From a virus (lineage: Duplodnaviria > Caudoviricetes): DNA of 29,042 nt. Each line of letters opens with the position of its first letter. Position 1 is the stretch's first letter. Under the pieces are notes generated by a model. It had not been told where the DNA came from. It saw only the letters and a program-made list of their open reading frames with translations, and did not search any database. Shown piece by piece: positions 26,887-29,042 of the stretch. The stretch spans positions 1-29,042 of IMG/VR virus record IMGVR_UViG_3300010398_000030, one strand, 5' to 3'. The position numbers and the translations under genes were made by a program.

Positions 26887-27668
26887 CCTCTTCACTCCAT
26901 TTCAAGTCACGTCATTTCTGTTCGCTTCTCGCCGTCAGCACACGGCAGCACCCAGCACGCCAGAGCACGGCACTCCGTTTCTCGTCGGCACCACACCACA
27001 GTTCATCGCAGACCGCTTCTCGTCGGCACCACACATCATCAGCACGCCATGGCAATTCGGTACTCGACGCCAGACCACCACGCAGCAATTCAGTTCTCAT
27101 CGGCCACTTCACGCCTAGGCAACACGGCACAGTCCTCGTCGGCAAGCCATCGCACACCAGATCACTGCGCCACTCGACTCCATCGCAAATCATTCCACGC
27201 CATCTCCAAGCCATAACAATACTCGCCGCCACGACAATCCAGACCCGGTCACTTCGTTCCTCGACTCCAGTTCAAACCACCAGATCAAGGCAGTCCGACT
27301 CACACCTCGACTCCACATCAATTCAGATCACCGCCATACACCACGCATCTAGACGACAGACCACTGCGTTGCACAACAATCCACTTCTCGCCGCCAGAGC
27401 AGACCACCGCACGGCAGAGCGCCTCTCGCCGCCATAACAAACCACTCCCTTCCAGGCCATGCCGACTCTCGCCTGCATTTCACGTCAAGCCATTGCGCTC
27501 CAATACTCGTCACCAAGCCAGAGCAAATCGGCCCAAATCATTGCGCTTCACGCCTCGCCTCCACTGCACGTCAGATCGAACCGGCACACGTCTCGCCGCC
27601 ACTTCAGACCGATGCATGGCAATTCTCGCTCCAGACCAGACCGCCACACAGCTATTCAGTTCTCATCG
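26887..27668 (-). repeat. Non-CRISPR array of ~19 units with 5-nt internal periodicity; putative guide-RNA array for the adjacent RAMP protein
   Basis: Plus-strand unit = NCTC-GNCNNCA-(NNNC[A/G])4-8-NN, e.g. tctc gccgcca gagca gacca ccgca cggca gagcg cc. Units are mostly 33-53 nt (13+5n), with about 100 pentamers by hand count. No credible ORF. Confidence 0.9.
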
Positions 27669-28333
27669 ACCTTCTTGAGCGTGTAGTCGTACCGCCCCTC
27701 CCCGTCACTCCTTTCGCCCCCGTACCCGTGCGTCCCGCCATAATCCATGATGGTCCGCAAATCATCTTCACTGATGACCATGCGCCCGCTGGGCTGGGTG
27801 AGAATGTCCAGCGTAAACCTCATCATCGCCCCCTCCACGTACTGGTAGGTCTTGATCGCGCTCTGCACCCCCAGCCGCCCGGTCGGATGAATCGGCTTGT
27901 CTACCTGCCCGGTCGGTGCCTTCACCCGCTCCCCATCCGCCTGGTTCAGCACCGGCACCCAGTACACCTCCTTCGGGTAATACACCGAGTTGAGCACCTT
28001 CACCGCAAAGCTCCGCTCCTTCTCGATCTTCCCCACGTACAAAGACGACAGCACCCGCCCGCAGTCCTTGATGTGCGCCCGCACCGTCGCCATCCGCATC
28101 ACCAGCCCACCCTCCATCTTCTGGAACACGTACAGCCCGCCCTTCTCCTCCTCGCTCGCCTCCACCGTGCTCGCCGCTACTTCCGCCGCAATCTCGTCAA
28201 TTGAACGAGAGTCCGGCGGCCGCACCTTCGGCTTCCGGCTGTCCAGCCACTTGCGCTGGAGCTCCGGGTCCGCCGGCAAGCTCCCGCACAGCTTGGTCAC
28301 AAACTTCCACTCGACGTCATATTTGGTCCACAT
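27656..28333 (-). CDS. Stand-alone RAMP-superfamily (Cas7/Csm3/Csf2-like) RNA-binding protein, 225 aa
   Basis: RAMP-like N-terminal strand (YDVEWKFVTKLCGSLP), strand-helix motif (LVMRMATVRAHIKD) and the C-terminal glycine-rich loop GGTHGYGGERSDGEGRY. GAGGGGG RBS. Confidence 0.75.
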   Translation of the reverse strand: MWTKYDVEWKFVTKLCGSLPADPELQRKWLDSRKPKVRPPDSRSIDEIAAEVAASTVEASEEEKGGLYVFQKMEGGLVMRMATVRAHIKDCGRVLSSLYVGKIEKERSFAVKVLNSVYYPKEVYWVPVLNQADGERVKAPTGQVDKPIHPTGRLGVQSAIKTYQYVEGAMMRFTLDILTQPSGRMVISEDDLRTIMDYGGTHGYGGERSDGEGRYDYTLKKVDEN

Positions 28334-28342
28334 GATTCCCCC

Positions 28343-28699
28343 TCATTGCGGTGTCTCTGTTGGCACCGCTGGCTTGAGCCGCAATCCGCACTGCGGGCAA
28401 TGATCGTGCAGCAGGTAGTATTCCGCCTGCATACTCTTGGCGAGTTCCAACATCGACTCGTTCTGGCTCTTGAACAGCCGCCAGTAGAAGCGGTTGACGA
28501 ACGCGTAGCTGATGTTCCACGTCCACATCGCCGTCGCCGGAATCCACAGCCAGAACTGCCACTGCCACCCCGAGTTCCAGATGCTTAATGCCATGAACGG
28601 CGCGAACGCGATGAGCCAGTTGATGCTGGTGCGCGGGGAATCCTCTGGACTCGAGGGTATGTACGCCCGCTTGAACCAGCCAATTATTTTCTTCGCCAT
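28343..28699 (-). CDS. Trp-rich two-TM membrane protein with C-terminal CPQCG, 118 aa
   Basis: Start re-called to the ATG at 28697-28699 (GAGGA RBS) within track ORF 28343-28801. Confidence 0.6.
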   Translation of the reverse strand: MAKKIIGWFKRAYIPSSPEDSPRTSINWLIAFAPFMALSIWNSGWQWQFWLWIPATAMWTWNISYAFVNRFYWRLFKSQNESMLELAKSMQAEYYLLHDHCPQCGLRLKPAVPTETPQ

Positions 28700-28839
28700 T
28701 GGATGTCCTCTATATCTGCCTTGCGCTCCAGCTTCTTCACCCGCCTCCGCAACCCCGCGCAGTATCCGATCACTATCCCGATCAGGAGATACGGCCCGCA
28801 TATCAGCCCCAGCACCACCTCGTCACTCAGGTTAGTCAT
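28684..28839 (-). CDS. Small single-TM protein, 51 aa (MTNLSDEVVLGLICGPYLLIGIVIGYCAGLRRR...)
   Basis: Hand-translated. Overlaps both neighbours by a few bases. Hydrophobic helix followed by a basic stretch. Confidence 0.55.
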   Translation of the reverse strand: MTNLSDEVVLGLICGPYLLIGIVIGYCAGLRRRVKKLERKADIEDIQWRRK

Positions 28840-29041
28840 CGAAAATCTGGTCTTCCGGCTCGTCGCACAACCGCAACAACAGGATGTCGAGCACCCGGTC
28901 CATCCGCTCGAACCACGGCTCGAACAGCCACCACTCCCGCCCTTCGTCCGCCAGCCCGCGCTCGAAATTAATCCACGGGAGCAACACCTCGCTCATGTCC
29001 CAGAAGTTTACGGGTGTCGATGGTAGATGGTCCCAGTCGCC
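28832..29041 (-). CDS. 3' end of a hypothetical ORF entering from the right edge (...WLFEPWFERMDRVLDILLLRLCDEPEDQIFDD)
   Basis: Hand-translated frame, open from the window edge to the TAA at 28832-28834. Confidence 0.5.
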   Translation of the reverse strand, partial: GDWDHLPSTPVNFWDMSEVLLPWINFERGLADEGREWWLFEPWFERMDRVLDILLLRLCDEPEDQIFDD

Positions 29042-29042
29042 C

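Noticed and set aside
27591-27624. Variable triplets of one unit concatenate to CTT-GAC-ATG-TGG-ATT, which contains TTGACA (-35 box)
   Set aside because: This is a single hexamer among ~19 units and several possible decoding rules, so it could easily be chance. No target could be confirmed by eye within the window.
26887-27668. Calling the array a canonical CRISPR array
   Set aside because: There are no identical 23-47 bp direct repeats with unique spacers. The conserved boundary is short and degenerate, and the intervening DNA is itself 5-nt periodic. No cas1/cas2 gene is present.
26872-27686. Track ORFs over the array (26872-27216 +, 26912-27232 -, 27459-27686 +, 27493-27678 +)
   Set aside because: Their biased His/Ser/Thr or Trp/Cys/Arg composition is a by-product of the period-5 repeat, which does not fit codon structure. 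No convincing RBS.

Overview
This window is a ~29 kb fragment of a GC-rich tailed phage or prophage with podovirus-like (P22/N4-gp56-capsid type) morphogenesis genes, almost all on the minus strand. In transcription order (right to left) it holds small membrane proteins, a stand-alone RAMP/Cas7-like gene, an unusual ~780 bp repeat array, a 31-aa peptide unit, terS and terL. A GNAT-like gene and a block of Gly/Pro/Gln-rich ejection-type proteins follow, then the portal, small Zn-finger and membrane ORFs, a PurD-like ATP-grasp ligase, scaffold, major capsid, decoration, adaptor, nozzle and tail proteins. The main finding is the RAMP/Cas7-like gene (27656-28333) directly followed by a non-CRISPR array. 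The array has about 19 units, each a conserved boundary motif plus 4-8 pentamers in which a near-constant dinucleotide (UG/CG on the sense strand) alternates with 3 variable bases. This looks like a phage-encoded RNA-guided system with a gapped, 5-nt-periodic guide code. All family assignments come from motif recognition by eye; no database search was run.
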